From NCBI GenBank assembly GCA_025356635.1, contig JANXRY010000119.1:10128-74127 (forward strand): DNA of 64,000 nt, read 5' to 3'. The position numbers and the translations under genes are program-made. Positions 39,125-49,148 of this stretch are shown here, piece after piece. A model generated the notes under the pieces. That model worked only from the letters and a program-made list of their open reading frames with translations, made no database searches and was not told where the DNA came from. The DNA comes from Gammaproteobacteria bacterium (GTDB taxonomy: Bacteria; Pseudomonadota; Gammaproteobacteria; Xanthomonadales; Xanthomonadaceae). Position 1 is the stretch's first letter, and each line of letters starts with the position of its first letter.

Positions 39125-40162
39125 TCAGTCGAACAGACGCTTGTCCTTGGCGTATTCGCGCGCCTGCTGCTTGGTCACCAGGCCGCGCTTGACCATATCC
39201 TGCAGGCACTGGTCGAGGGTCTGCATTCCGTACTGTTGGCCAGTCTGGATCGACGAATACATCTGCGCGACCTTGTCCTCGCGGATCAGGTTGCGGATCG
39301 CCGGGATGCCGACCATTATTTCGTGGGCGGCGACGCGGCCGCCGCCGACTTTCTTCATCAGCGACTGCGACACCACCGCGCGCAACGACTCGGACAACAT
39401 CGAGCGCACCATCGGCTTTTCGCCGGCAGGGAACACATCGATGATGCGATCAATGGTCTTCGCCGCCGAACTGGTATGCACGGTCGCGAACACCAGATGC
39501 CCCGTCTCTGCCGCCGTAAGTGCCAATCGAATCGTCTCAAGATCGCGCAATTCGCCGACCAGGATGTAGTCGGGGTCTTCACGCAAGGCCGAGCGCAGGG
39601 CTTCGTTGAAACCGTGCGTATCGCGATGCACTTCGCGCTGGTTGATCAGGCATTTCTGCGAGGTATGCACGAATTCGATCGGATCCTCGACTGAGAGGAT
39701 GTGGCCGTATTCCTGCTTGTTGATGTGGTCGATCATCGCCGCCAGCGTGGTCGACTTGCCCGAACCGGTCGGGCCGGTCACCAGGATCAGGCCGACCGGC
39801 TGTTCGATCAGTTCGGCGAAGACTTTCGGACAGCCCAGTTCTTCGAGCGAGAGGATCTGGCTGGGAATGGTCCGGAACACCGCGCCGGCGCCCCGGTTCT
39901 GGTTGAAGGCGTTGACCCGGAAGCGCGCCAGCCCGGGAATCTCGAAGCTGAAGTCGACTTCGAGGAATTCTTCGTAGTCGCGGCGCTGCTTGTCCGACAT
40001 GATGTCGTAGACCAGCGAATGCACCTGCTTGTGGTCCAGGGCCGGGATATTGATGCGGCGGACATCGCCATCAACCCGGATCATCGGCGGCAGGCCGGCC
40101 GAAAGATGCAAGTCGGAGGCCTTGTTCTTGACCGAGAATGCCAGCAGCTCTGCAATATCCAT
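39125..40162 (-). CDS. pilT: Type IV pilus twitching-motility ATPase PilT
   Basis: MDIAELLAFSVKNKASDLHLSAGLPPMIRVDGDVRRI..., Walker A GPTGSGKST, TVHTSSAAKTIDRI. ATG 40162 (345 aa) or ATG 40168. The 402-aa track ORF is an extension. Confidence 0.94.
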   Translation of the reverse strand: MDIAELLAFSVKNKASDLHLSAGLPPMIRVDGDVRRINIPALDHKQVHSLVYDIMSDKQRRDYEEFLEVDFSFEIPGLARFRVNAFNQNRGAGAVFRTIPSQILSLEELGCPKVFAELIEQPVGLILVTGPTGSGKSTTLAAMIDHINKQEYGHILSVEDPIEFVHTSQKCLINQREVHRDTHGFNEALRSALREDPDYILVGELRDLETIRLALTAAETGHLVFATVHTSSAAKTIDRIIDVFPAGEKPMVRSMLSESLRAVVSQSLMKKVGGGRVAAHEIMVGIPAIRNLIREDKVAQMYSSIQTGQQYGMQTLDQCLQDMVKRGLVTKQQAREYAKDKRLFD

Positions 40163-40257
40163 ATTCATTCCGTCCAGATGGCTCGCGACGCCGGGGTAGG
40201 CGCCAGCGGTTCCCCGAAGGCAGTATAGCGCTCCCGCCCCCGGCAACAATCCCACGC

Positions 40258-40932
40258 ATGAGCAGCCCCAAACCCGTGTTCGAGAGCGTCCAGCGACATT
40301 TATTGAACGTAGCAGCGGCCGCCGGCCGGCCACCGCCGCGGTTGCTTGCCGTGTCCAAGACCCGGCCGACCTCGGCCATCATGGCGCTCGCTGCCTGTGG
40401 CCAGCGGGCCTTCGGGGAAAACTATGTGCGCGAAGGTGCGCTCAAAGCCATCGAACTCGCTCCGCTTGGCCTGGAATGGCATTTGATCGGTCACCTGCAA
40501 TCGAACAAATGCCGGGAAGCAGCCGAGCACTTCGACTGGCTGCAATCACTCGACCGGCACCGGTTGATCGAACCATTGAACCACTACCGGACGCCGCAAC
40601 GATCGCCAATGAACGTGCTCGTGCAGATCAATGTCGACGGCGAGGCCAGCAAGTCCGGATGCACTCCGGACGAAGCGCTGCCACTGGCGCGCGCCGTCGC
40701 TGCCGCACCGAACCTGCGCCTGCGCGGCGTGATGGGCATCGGCGCACCGTACCCGGATTTCGAACATCGGCGGGCCAGTTTCCGGCGCCTGCGCGAGCTG
40801 TTCGAAGCGATGCAGGAAGAATTTCCCGATGTCGACACGCTGTCGATGGGCATGAGCGAGGATTTCGAACTGGCCATCGCCGAGGGCGCGACGATGGTGC
40901 GGATTGGTTCGAGCCTGTTCGGTCCGCGCTGA
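40258..40932 (+). CDS. yggS: PLP-homeostasis protein YggS
   Basis: ATG 40258. LLAVSKTRPTSAI...FGENYVREG...WHLIGHLQSNK...MGMSEDFELAIAEGATMVRIGSSLFG. Confidence 0.9.
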   Translation: MSSPKPVFESVQRHLLNVAAAAGRPPPRLLAVSKTRPTSAIMALAACGQRAFGENYVREGALKAIELAPLGLEWHLIGHLQSNKCREAAEHFDWLQSLDRHRLIEPLNHYRTPQRSPMNVLVQINVDGEASKSGCTPDEALPLARAVAAAPNLRLRGVMGIGAPYPDFEHRRASFRRLRELFEAMQEEFPDVDTLSMGMSEDFELAIAEGATMVRIGSSLFGPR

Positions 40933-40944
40933 TATCCTGTGCGC

Positions 40945-41772
40945 ATGAGTTCGAACTTCCCCAGCCTCGCCTTTATCGGCGGCGGCAACATGGCCCGCAG
41001 CCTGATCGGCGGGCTGATCGCGCGCGGTCGCTCGCCGGCATCCATCCACGTTTCCGAGCCTGGCGTTGAGCTGCGCGACGCGCTGGCCCGGGATTTCGGC
41101 GTGGCAGTGCATGCGGAAAACACCAATGCCGCCAGCGCTGCCGAGATCTGGATTTTCGCGGTCAAACCGCAGGTGCTGAAGTCAGTCTGCCAGGCACTTG
41201 CCGCGACTGCGCAATCCGCGAAACCGCTGGTGGTCTCGACCGCCGCCGGTATCACCAGCCCGCAACTGGAACAATGGCTGGGCGGCAACCTGGCGGTGGT
41301 CCGCGCCATGCCCAACACGCCCGCCCTGCTCGGCGCCGGCGCTACCGGGCTGTTCGCCAACGCCCACGCCACATCCGGACAACGCGACCTGGCCGAGAAC
41401 CTGCTGCAAGCTACCGGGGTCACCGCCTGGATCGAAGACGAATCCTTGATGGACGCGATCACCGCCGTGTCAGGCAGCGGGCCGGCCTATGTTTTCCTGC
41501 TCGCCGAAGCCATGACGGCGGCCGGATGCGCGCAGGGTCTGCCGGACGAGGTCGCGCGCAAGCTCGCCCTGCAGACGATCTTCGGCGCCGCGCGCATGCT
41601 GCTCGAATCCGGTGAACCGGCTGAAGTGTTGCGTCAGCGCGTGACCTCCCCGGGTGGCACCACCGAAGCGGCGATCGACACTTTCGAGGCCGGCGGCTTG
41701 CGCGCGCTGGTCAATGCCGCCATCGCCGCCGCGACCCGGCGCGGCGCGGAATTGTCGGCCGGCAACGAATGA
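40945..41772 (+). CDS. proC: Pyrroline-5-carboxylate reductase
   Basis: LAFIGGGNMARSLIGGL...AVKPQV...VRAMPNTPALLG...SGSGPAYVFL...VTSPGGTTEAA. ATG 40945; GTG 40939 is also in frame. Confidence 0.92.
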   Translation: MSSNFPSLAFIGGGNMARSLIGGLIARGRSPASIHVSEPGVELRDALARDFGVAVHAENTNAASAAEIWIFAVKPQVLKSVCQALAATAQSAKPLVVSTAAGITSPQLEQWLGGNLAVVRAMPNTPALLGAGATGLFANAHATSGQRDLAENLLQATGVTAWIEDESLMDAITAVSGSGPAYVFLLAEAMTAAGCAQGLPDEVARKLALQTIFGAARMLLESGEPAEVLRQRVTSPGGTTEAAIDTFEAGGLRALVNAAIAAATRRGAELSAGNE

Positions 41773-42449
41773 GCTTCCTGCTCGTCCGCCACGGCCAGGC
41801 CAGCGCCGGCACCGACAATTACGACCGATTGTCCGAACGCGGCTGGCAGCAATCGCGCCGGCTCGGTCACTGGCTGGCATCGACGGGTCATGACTTCGAC
41901 GCGGTTGTACTCGGAACGATGCGCCGTCACCACGAGACCTTCGAGGCCATCGCCGAAGGCTACGCCGCGAATGATCGCGCGCTGCCGACGCCGGCCCTCG
42001 ATCCGGGCCTGGATGAATTCGACCATCACGCGGTATTTGATGGCTTTGCCGCGGACCATCCCGATCATCCGGCCATTCGCGCCAGCCGCGAAGGTGGCCT
42101 GCACGCCTTGGGTGCGATGATCCATGCAGCGCTCAGCGCCTGGTCTGAAGACCGCATCACTGGCGTCCCAGAAAGCTGGCAGATCTTCGGCGCGCGCGTC
42201 CAGGACGCGGGCCAGCGCTTGGCGCAACATGGGGCGAAGAACGTGCTGGTACTGACTTCAGGTGGCGTGATCTCGCGTCTGGCGCAAGGCGCGCTGGAAT
42301 TGTCTGATCGCGGCGCGGTGGATCTCAATCTGTCGCTGCGCAACAGCGGCCTGTGCGAATTCCACCCCCGGCCGTACGGGTTCGCGCTCGGCAGCTGGAA
42401 CGCCCTGCCGCATCTGCACGATGCGCGCGAACTGTGGACATACTATTGA
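41769..42449 (+). CDS. Histidine-phosphatase (phosphoglycerate-mutase) superfamily protein
   Basis: 226 aa. N-terminal catalytic motif LLVRHGQAS. The second His motif reads VLTSGGVI instead of SHGG. ATGA overlap with the proC stop. Confidence 0.8.
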   Translation: MSFLLVRHGQASAGTDNYDRLSERGWQQSRRLGHWLASTGHDFDAVVLGTMRRHHETFEAIAEGYAANDRALPTPALDPGLDEFDHHAVFDGFAADHPDHPAIRASREGGLHALGAMIHAALSAWSEDRITGVPESWQIFGARVQDAGQRLAQHGAKNVLVLTSGGVISRLAQGALELSDRGAVDLNLSLRNSGLCEFHPRPYGFALGSWNALPHLHDARELWTYY

Positions 42450-42450
42450 T

Positions 42451-43656
42451 ATGAGCGAACTGTTTCCGATGACCGAACGCACCCGCGAGTTCGATGCCCG
42501 GCTCGTAGCCTTCATGGACGCCCATGTTTATCCGGCCGAGGCGGAATTCGCCGAATGGGATCGCGATCCCGCGCGCCGCTGGACAATCCCGCCGCTGCTG
42601 GAATCACTGAAAATCCGCGCTCGCGCTGAAGGTTTGTGGAACCTGTTCCTGCCCGATCCGGTGCACGGCGCCGGCCTGAAAAACCTCGAGTACGCGCGCC
42701 TGGCCGAACGCATGGGCCAATCGCTGATCGCCTCGGAGATCTTCAATTGTTCGGCGCCGGACACCGGCAACATGGAAGTGCTGCGCCAGTTCGGCAACGC
42801 CGAACAGAAAGCACGCTGGTTGGCACCATTACTGGAGGGCACGATCCGCTCGGCGTTCGCGATGACCGAGCCGGACGTGGCTTCCAGCGACGCCACCAAT
42901 ATCGCGTTTCCAATCACGCGCGATGGCGACTCCTATTTACTCAATGGCCGCAAGTGGTGGACTACCGGCGCTGGCGATCCGCGCTGCCAGGTATTGGTCG
43001 TGATGGGCGTGACCAATCCCACCGCGGCGCCGCACCGTCGCCAGTCAATGGTCCTGGTGCCGATGGCTACTCCCGGGGTCCGAGTAGTGCGACCTCTGCA
43101 AGTTTTCGGTTACGACGATGCGCCACATGGTCACGTCGAGATGGCGTTCGATAGCGTGCGGGTGCCTGTGGGGAACCTCATTCACTCCGAGGGGAGTGGC
43201 TTCGAGATCGCCCAGGCGCGGCTCGGCCCGGGGCGAATTCATCACTGCATGCGCCTGATTGGGCTCGCGCAGCGCGCGCTGGAAATGATGATCGAACGCG
43301 CCCGCTCACGGGTGGCGTTCGGCATGCCGCTCGGCCAGCACGGCATGACGCAAGAGGCCATTGCGCTGTCGCGTTGCGAAATCGAACAGGCCCGGCTGCT
43401 GACCCTGCAGGCGGCAGCGGCACTCGATGCGCTCGGCAGCAAGGGAGCAAAAGATCTCATCGGGATGATCAAGATCGTCGCCCCGCGCATGGCCTGTCAG
43501 GTGCTGGACCGGGCCATGCAGGTTCACGGCGGCGGCGGTCTGTCTCAGGATCACTTCCTCGCCACTGCCTATGCCGGCGCGCGCTCACTGCGCCTGGCCG
43601 ACGGCCCGGATGAAGTGCATATCGCCGCGCTGGCGCGCTCGATGCTCAAGGGCTGA
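42451..43656 (+). CDS. Acyl-CoA dehydrogenase of the ACAD10/ACAD11/FadE2 type
   Basis: ATG 42451, 2 nt after the upstream [58 protein letters not shown]. Confidence 0.88.
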   Translation: MSELFPMTERTREFDARLVAFMDAHVYPAEAEFAEWDRDPARRWTIPPLLESLKIRARAEGLWNLFLPDPVHGAGLKNLEYARLAERMGQSLIASEIFNCSAPDTGNMEVLRQFGNAEQKARWLAPLLEGTIRSAFAMTEPDVASSDATNIAFPITRDGDSYLLNGRKWWTTGAGDPRCQVLVVMGVTNPTAAPHRRQSMVLVPMATPGVRVVRPLQVFGYDDAPHGHVEMAFDSVRVPVGNLIHSEGSGFEIAQARLGPGRIHHCMRLIGLAQRALEMMIERARSRVAFGMPLGQHGMTQEAIALSRCEIEQARLLTLQAAAALDALGSKGAKDLIGMIKIVAPRMACQVLDRAMQVHGGGGLSQDHFLATAYAGARSLRLADGPDEVHIAALARSMLKG

Positions 43657-43658
43657 GC

Positions 43659-44678
43659 GTGGCGTCCTCACTCGATCTGCCCGACGCTAAGCTCGCGATC
43701 TATCTCGACGAGCAGATCGCGGGTTTTTGCGGGCCGCTGAGTTCGCGCAAGTTCAAGGGTGGCCAGTCCAACCCGACTTACTTGATCGAAGCCGCGAGCG
43801 GTCGCTACGTCCTGCGCCGCAAGCCGCTGGGCCAACTGCTGGCGTCGGCACACGCGGTCGATAGGGAATTCCGCGTGCTGCAGGCCTTGCATGGCAGCGC
43901 CGTGCCGGTGGCTAAGCCACTGCACCTGTGTCGCGACGAGTCGGTGATCGGCTCGATGTTCTACCTGATGGAATTTGTCGACGGCCGGATCTTCTGGGAT
44001 CCGTCCCTGCCCGAAATCGCGCAAGGACAGCGCGACGGCTATTTCGACGCGATCATCGCGACACTGGCGGCCCTGCACATGATCGACGTGGGTGCGGTCG
44101 GCCTGGCCGACTACGGCAAGCCGGGCAATTATTTTTCGCGGCAGATCGCCCGCTGGAGCGAGCAATACCGCCAGAGCGAAACCGGGGACATTCCAGCGAT
44201 GGCCGCGCTGATCGAGCAGTTGCCGGCACGTTGTCCCGCCGACGATAGCGCGGTGGCGCTGGTGCACGGCGACTACCGGATCGACAATCTGATGTTCCAT
44301 CCGACCGAACCGCGGGTGATCGCGGTGGTCGACTGGGAATTGTCGACGCTCGGGCAGCCGCTGGCTGACCTCGGCTACTTCTGCATGGCGCTGCGCTTGC
44401 CGCGCAATCCGGCCCTGCCCGGCCTGGCCGGGCTGGATCGTACCGCGCTCGGCATTCCCGACGAGGCGGCGATCCTGCATCGTTATTCCGAACTCACGGG
44501 CCGGCCAATTCCCGACGATTGGGGCTTCGTGCTGGCCTTCAGTTTTTTCCGCCTCGCCGCCATCGCCCAGGGCGTGGCCAAGCGCGCGGCACAGGGCAAT
44601 GCGTCGAGCGAACAGGCTGCGCAGGCCGGGCGCATGGCGGCAGTGCTTGCGGAGATGGGGTTGGCGACGCTGTTGTAG
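43659..44678 (+). CDS. APH-family phosphotransferase (kinase partner of the ACAD10/11-type dehydrogenase)
   Basis: 339 aa. GTG start 2 nt after the ACAD TGA. KFKGGQSNPTYLI, VLRRKP, FYLMEFVDGRIF, catalytic loop HGDYRIDNLMF, VDWELS. Confidence 0.85.
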   Translation: MASSLDLPDAKLAIYLDEQIAGFCGPLSSRKFKGGQSNPTYLIEAASGRYVLRRKPLGQLLASAHAVDREFRVLQALHGSAVPVAKPLHLCRDESVIGSMFYLMEFVDGRIFWDPSLPEIAQGQRDGYFDAIIATLAALHMIDVGAVGLADYGKPGNYFSRQIARWSEQYRQSETGDIPAMAALIEQLPARCPADDSAVALVHGDYRIDNLMFHPTEPRVIAVVDWELSTLGQPLADLGYFCMALRLPRNPALPGLAGLDRTALGIPDEAAILHRYSELTGRPIPDDWGFVLAFSFFRLAAIAQGVAKRAAQGNASSEQAAQAGRMAAVLAEMGLATLL

Positions 44679-44739
44679 GAGCGATGGAAATCGCGACCCC
44701 GATCGTCGCTTGCCGGTCGCGATTTCCATCGCTCCTACA
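44674..44739. repeat. REPIN-like palindromic element, copy 1 (25-nt arms, 16-nt loop), a likely bidirectional terminator hairpin
   Basis: tgtaggagcgatggaaatcgcgacc (44674-44698) pairs perfectly with ggtcgcgatttccatcgctcctaca (44715-44739). It sits between convergent genes and contains both TAG stops. Confidence 0.85.
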
Positions 44740-45535
44740 ACGAACGATTCGCCCATGCATGGATATATGCAGCCATTGCGTTTATGCCATCGGTCAATGC
44801 GGCCGGACCGGGCTGCAGGATGATCGGCGACTTGATCTCGTGCAGTTCGCCGTCGCGTACCGCCGGCACGTTCGCCCAGCCGGGGCGCGCCGCCACTTTC
44901 ACGGGCTGGAATTTCTTGCCGCACCAGGAGCCGAACACGATGTCCGGCGCGCGCGCCAGGATCTCGGCGTCGTCGACCAGGATGCGGTCCTTCGCCAGCG
45001 ATTTTTCCGCGCGCTCGGGAAAAATGTCGTCGCCGCCGGCCAGCCGCACCAGTTCGGCGACCCAGCGGATGCCGGTGATGCGCGGTTCGTCCCATTCCTC
45101 GAAATAGACTTTCGGGCGGCGCGGCAACTTAGCCGCCTGCGCAGCGATGTTCTCGAGACCGCGCTGCAATTCGCCTGCGTAGGCATCGGCTTTCGCTGCA
45201 ACACCGACCAGCGCACCGAGTCGGCGCACGTAGTCGAGGATGCCCTCGATACTGCGGTGGTTGCTGATCCAGACTTCGACGCCGTGCTTGATCAATGCCG
45301 CGGCGATCTCAGCCTGGATGTCGGAAAAGCCGACCACGAAGTCGGGCTCGAGCTTGAGGATCGCGCCGAACTTCGCCGAAGTGAAGGCGCTGACCTTGGG
45401 TTTTTCCCTGCGAGCGATTGCCGGCCGCACGGTGAATCCGGAAATGCCGACGATGCGCGCCTGTTCGCCGAGGGCGTACAGGACTTCGGTCGGTTCTTCG
45501 GTCAGGCAGACGATCCGGCGTGGACCGCTCGTCAC
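44735..45535 (-). CDS. Cobalamin/siderophore-type periplasmic-binding-fold protein (helical-backbone class), no signal peptide
   Basis: [33 protein letters not shown]...[17 protein letters not shown] 45535 overlaps the pdxH stop (GTGA). ATG 45559 is an alternative that would overlap pdxH by 28 nt. Confidence 0.75.
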   Translation of the reverse strand: MTSGPRRIVCLTEEPTEVLYALGEQARIVGISGFTVRPAIARREKPKVSAFTSAKFGAILKLEPDFVVGFSDIQAEIAAALIKHGVEVWISNHRSIEGILDYVRRLGALVGVAAKADAYAGELQRGLENIAAQAAKLPRRPKVYFEEWDEPRITGIRWVAELVRLAGGDDIFPERAEKSLAKDRILVDDAEILARAPDIVFGSWCGKKFQPVKVAARPGWANVPAVRDGELHEIKSPIILQPGPAALTDGINAMAAYIHAWANRSL

Positions 45536-46137
45536 GGATAGAGCATCCGTTTCGTCCATTCGCCGTCGACACGCTCGTAGCGCTGCCGTTCGTGCAGGCG
45601 GAATTTCGCGCCGTACCAGAACTCGATCAACTCGGGCACCACGCGGAAACCCGACCAGTGCGGCGGGCGCGGCACCGGCACGCCTTCGAAGCGCTTGTCG
45701 ACGGCGGCGAAGCGTTGCTCGAATTCATCGCGCGAGGATAGCGTCTGCGATTGCAACGAGGCCCAGGCACCGATTTGGCTTTCGCGCGGTCGCTTGGCGA
45801 AATAGGCTTCGGCCTCGGCAACCGTGACCGGCTCGACCGTGCCCTGGATCTCGACCTGCACATGCTCGCGCCCGCGCAGTCCCTTCCACAGGAACAGCAG
45901 CGCCGCCTGCGGGTCGTCCGCCAACTGCCGGCCCTTGCGACTCTCGAAGTTGGTGTAGAAGACGAAACCGCGTTCGTCGTGCGCTTTCAATAAAACCGTG
46001 CGCACCGCCGGACGACCGCCTTCGCCGATGGTGGCGACGGTCATCGCGGTCGGTTCGGGATCGCCGGAACCACGCGCTTCATCAAGTAGATCGCCGAAGG
46101 TCTGCAAGGCCTCGGCGTAAAGGATTTCGCTGCTCAT
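45532..46137 (-). CDS. pdxH: Pyridoxamine 5'-phosphate oxidase
   Basis: ATG 46137 (MSSEILYAE...). [27 protein letters not shown]...[14 protein letters not shown]...RLHER. Confidence 0.92.
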   Translation of the reverse strand: MSSEILYAEALQTFGDLLDEARGSGDPEPTAMTVATIGEGGRPAVRTVLLKAHDERGFVFYTNFESRKGRQLADDPQAALLFLWKGLRGREHVQVEIQGTVEPVTVAEAEAYFAKRPRESQIGAWASLQSQTLSSRDEFEQRFAAVDKRFEGVPVPRPPHWSGFRVVPELIEFWYGAKFRLHERQRYERVDGEWTKRMLYP

Positions 46138-46144
46138 GCTCGGC

Positions 46145-46354
46145 TCAGGACACAATGAAAGTCACTTTCATTGCGACCCGCCATTCGGTGATATTGCCAT
46201 CGCCATCGGTTACCACTTTGAGGTCGTTGACCCAGGCGCCCTGGATATTCTTGACGCTGCGCGCGGCCTTTTTCAGCCCGCCTTGCACGGCATCTTCGAT
46301 GCCCTTGTCAGACGAGGAGGAAATTTCGATCACTTTCGCGACGGTATTGGCCAT
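46145..46354 (-). CDS. Dodecin-family flavin-binding protein
   Basis: 69 aa from ATG 46354: [68 protein letters not shown]. Confidence 0.85.
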   Translation of the reverse strand: MANTVAKVIEISSSSDKGIEDAVQGGLKKAARSVKNIQGAWVNDLKVVTDGDGNITEWRVAMKVTFIVS

Positions 46355-46400
46355 GGTCAAACTCCGTTGATGAGGTTGGGGCGCGGGAACTGCTTGCAAA

Positions 46401-47223
46401 CTATACGCCGGCACTGGCTAGCAGAGGGGCGTAACCAGCCCTGAAATCGGCGTAGCGCGGGCTCCAGCCTTGGGCGCGAAGCCGGGCATTGCTGACACGA
46501 CGACCAGACTCCATGCCCGTCGCCATTGGCTGGTCGGGCAAGCCTTCGCGAGCACGCAGCCAGGTGCTGATTTCATCCTCGCGCGCAGGGCGGTCGTCGT
46601 TGCCCAGGTACAATCGCTGCGGCGTACCTAGGTCGAGCAAAAACGCCAACGCCGCCGCCGCGTCCTCGACGTGGATGCGATTGCTCCAGTGCGCACGATT
46701 GGCCTCGCCGGCGCGGGCACGACGCAGAATCGCCTCGCGACCCGGCCCGTAGATGCCGCTCAGGCGCAACACCACGCCGCCGGCGTGCGCGGCAAGCGCC
46801 TGTTCTGCTTCGAGCAGCACGCGACCATTGAATGCCGGCGGGCGCGCGGGCGTGGTTTCATCCACCCATTCGCCGGCATCTTCGGCATAGACCGCCGTTG
46901 AAGACACGAACAGCACGCGGCGGGCATCGCAGGCATCGAGCAAGCGGCGCAGGCCGTCGCGATAAAGCGTGCGATACGCCGCTTCGCGGCGTTCATCCGG
47001 CGCAGCGCAGAACACCACCGCCTCCGGGCGGCACGGCAGGCGATCCAGGCCGGCACCGCTAGCGAGGTCAGCGCGCAGCGCACGAACGCTGGGGCCCGGC
47101 TCGACCGCCCGCCGGCGCAGCGCGATCACTTCGTCGCCGCGCTTGGCGAGCAGCGCCGCCAGCCGGCCGCCAAGGTCACCAGCTCCGGCGATCACCACGC
47201 AAGGAGAAGATTCCGAGCCCACG
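46401..47223 (-). CDS. NAD(P)-binding Rossmann-fold protein (SDR / NAD-dependent epimerase family)
   Basis: GTG 47223 gives VGSESSPCVVIAGAGDLGGRLAALLAKRGDEV...LRLSGIYGPGR. The 504-aa track ORF continues upstream as antisense of aroK. Confidence 0.75.
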
Positions 47224-47264
47224 CGACACTCCTCGAACAAGCGGTGGATGCTAGCATTCGGGCC

Positions 47265-47804
47265 ATGAATCCCGCGCCCAACCTCGTGCTCGTCGGCCCC
47301 ATGGGCGCCGGCAAGACCTCGATCGGCAAGCGCCTGGCGCAGCGCTTGGGCCTGATCTTCGTCGATGCCGACCACCGGCTCGAGGAAGTCACCGGGGCGC
47401 CGGTGCCGCTGATTTTCGAATGCGAGGGCGAGGCCGGTTTCCGGGTGCGCGAGTCGCAATTGATCGCCGACCTGATGCTGCGCCGCGGCCAGTTGGTTGC
47501 CACTGGCGGCGGCGCGGTACTCGCGGCGGAGAACCGGCGCCTGTTGCGCGCGAACGGTTTTGTTGTCTATCTGAAAGTCAGCGTCGGGCAGCAACTGGAA
47601 CGGCTGGCGCGCGACCACAGCCGGCCCTTGCTGGCCACCGACAACAAGCACGCGCGACTGGAATCGCTGGCCGCCGTGCGCAACGCGCTGTACGAGGAAG
47701 TCGCCGATCACGTGTTCGAGTCGGATGGCTTGTCCGTTGCCACGGCCGCCGATCAACTGGCGGAGATGCTCGAGTCCCGCTGGCAACGCGGAGCGGCCGC
47801 CTGA
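47265..47804 (+). CDS. aroK: Shikimate kinase
   Basis: ATG 47265. Walker [18 protein letters not shown]...FRVRES...ATGGGAVL. Confidence 0.92.
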   Translation: MNPAPNLVLVGPMGAGKTSIGKRLAQRLGLIFVDADHRLEEVTGAPVPLIFECEGEAGFRVRESQLIADLMLRRGQLVATGGGAVLAAENRRLLRANGFVVYLKVSVGQQLERLARDHSRPLLATDNKHARLESLAAVRNALYEEVADHVFESDGLSVATAADQLAEMLESRWQRGAAA

Positions 47805-48874
47805 TGCGCGAATGCTTCGTTGAACTCGGCGCACGCCGCTATCCGGTCCGGATCGGAACGAACCTGCTCGACGATGCCGCCGTGCTGTCCGCGCTTGTGC
47901 CGGGCCGACAGGCACTGATTGTCAGCGATGGCAACGTGGCGCCGCTGTATCTGGCGAAAGTGCAAGCCGCGCTCGCCGGCAAGACTACGGGGCATTTCAT
48001 CCTGCCGCCGGGCGAACAGGAAAAAAACCTGGCGCGTTTTTCCGAAGTGCTGGCGGCGCTGGCCGTACTCGGCGCCAGTCGCGATGTCACCGTGATCGCG
48101 CTCGGCGGCGGCGTGGTTGGCGATCTCGCCGGTTTCGCGGCGGCCAGTTGGATGCGCGGCGTGCGCTTCGTGCAACTTCCAACGACGCTGTTGGCCATGG
48201 TCGATTCTTCGGTCGGCGGCAAGACCGCCGTCGACCTGCCGGCCGGCAAGAATCTGGTCGGCGCCTTCCACCAACCCTCGGCGGTGCTGGCTGATACCGC
48301 CACACTCGCAACCTTGCCGATGCGCGAACTGCGCGCGGGCCTGGCCGAAGTGGTGAAGATCGGCGCGATCGGCGACGCGGCGTTCTTCGCCTGGCTCGAA
48401 GGCCAGGCCGAAGCCTTGCTGGTGCGCGAACCCGAGGCCATCGCCGAAGCCATATTCCACAGCTGCATGCACAAGGCTGGCGTGGTCGCCCGTGACGAGA
48501 CCGAGCAAGGCGAACGCGCCCTGCTCAATTTCGGCCACACCTTCGGCCACGCGATCGAAACCGAGCAGGAATTCGGCGGGCTCAATCATGGCGAAGCCGT
48601 GGCCGTGGGCATGGTATTGGCGGCGCGGCTATCCACCGCGCTGGGGCGTGCGCCACAAGCCGATGCCGAGCGCCTGGAGGCGCTGCTCGATCGGCTTGGA
48701 TTACCGACCGTTCTGCCCGCAGGCCTGGCACCAGAAACACTGTTGGCGCGCATGCGGCTGGACAAGAAAGCGGTCTCGGGCCAGTTGCGGCTGATCCTGT
48801 GGCGCGGCATCGGCCGGGCCGAGATCGTCGCCAATGTTCCGGAAACTGCGGTATTGCAGGCGCTTCGCGGCTAA
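47804..48874 (+). CDS. aroB: 3-dehydroquinate synthase
   Basis: The ATG overlaps the aro[50 protein letters not shown]...[11 protein letters not shown]. Confidence 0.93.
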   Translation: MRECFVELGARRYPVRIGTNLLDDAAVLSALVPGRQALIVSDGNVAPLYLAKVQAALAGKTTGHFILPPGEQEKNLARFSEVLAALAVLGASRDVTVIALGGGVVGDLAGFAAASWMRGVRFVQLPTTLLAMVDSSVGGKTAVDLPAGKNLVGAFHQPSAVLADTATLATLPMRELRAGLAEVVKIGAIGDAAFFAWLEGQAEALLVREPEAIAEAIFHSCMHKAGVVARDETEQGERALLNFGHTFGHAIETEQEFGGLNHGEAVAVGMVLAARLSTALGRAPQADAERLEALLDRLGLPTVLPAGLAPETLLARMRLDKKAVSGQLRLILWRGIGRAEIVANVPETAVLQALRG

Positions 48875-48883
48875 AATACGCGC

Positions 48884-49138
48884 ATGCGCCTCCTGCTCCA
48901 GCAAAAGCCGCTCGCCGGCGAATCGCCCAAGTATGTCCAGCTGATCCTGCAGCAGGATCTGCTCGGCGGCTGGACGCTGTTACGCGAGACCGGCCAGATC
49001 GGCGGCAAGGTCCAGCTCAAGCGCGAGCAATTCCTCAACCAGGAATCGGCCATCGCCGCATTCGAAAAAGCCCGTGATGCACAGGTGCATCGCGGCTTCC
49101 TGGTGATGTTCGCGCAAGGTGCGAGTGCGCCGCAGTGA
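48884..49138 (+). CDS. Stand-alone WGR-domain protein
   Basis: 84 aa. [56 protein letters not shown], a WGR-like W-x-(L)-x-R-E-x-G-x-I-G pattern. Confidence 0.7.
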   Translation: MRLLLQQKPLAGESPKYVQLILQQDLLGGWTLLRETGQIGGKVQLKREQFLNQESAIAAFEKARDAQVHRGFLVMFAQGASAPQ

Positions 49139-49148
49139 GCCTGACTCC

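Noticed and set aside
39125-40333. 402-aa version of pilT, and the similar N-terminal extensions of nudE (19802-20758), mazG (18215-19213) and apaH (7245-8384)
   Set aside because: The extensions are Arg/Pro-rich, overlap neighbouring genes, and add residues upstream of N-termini that already match the known protein families. Internal ATG starts were chosen instead.
43668-45095. 475-aa minus-strand ORF spanning the APH kinase gene, REPIN copy 1 and part of the next gene
   Set aside because: It is an antisense artefact and reads straight through the palindrome (VGAMEIAT).
47224-47915. Upstream 230 codons of the 504-aa track ORF 46401-47915
   Set aside because: This stretch is antisense to aroK/aroB. 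The Rossmann motif (VVIAGAGDLGG) sits right after GTG 47223, which is where NAD-binding proteins normally start.
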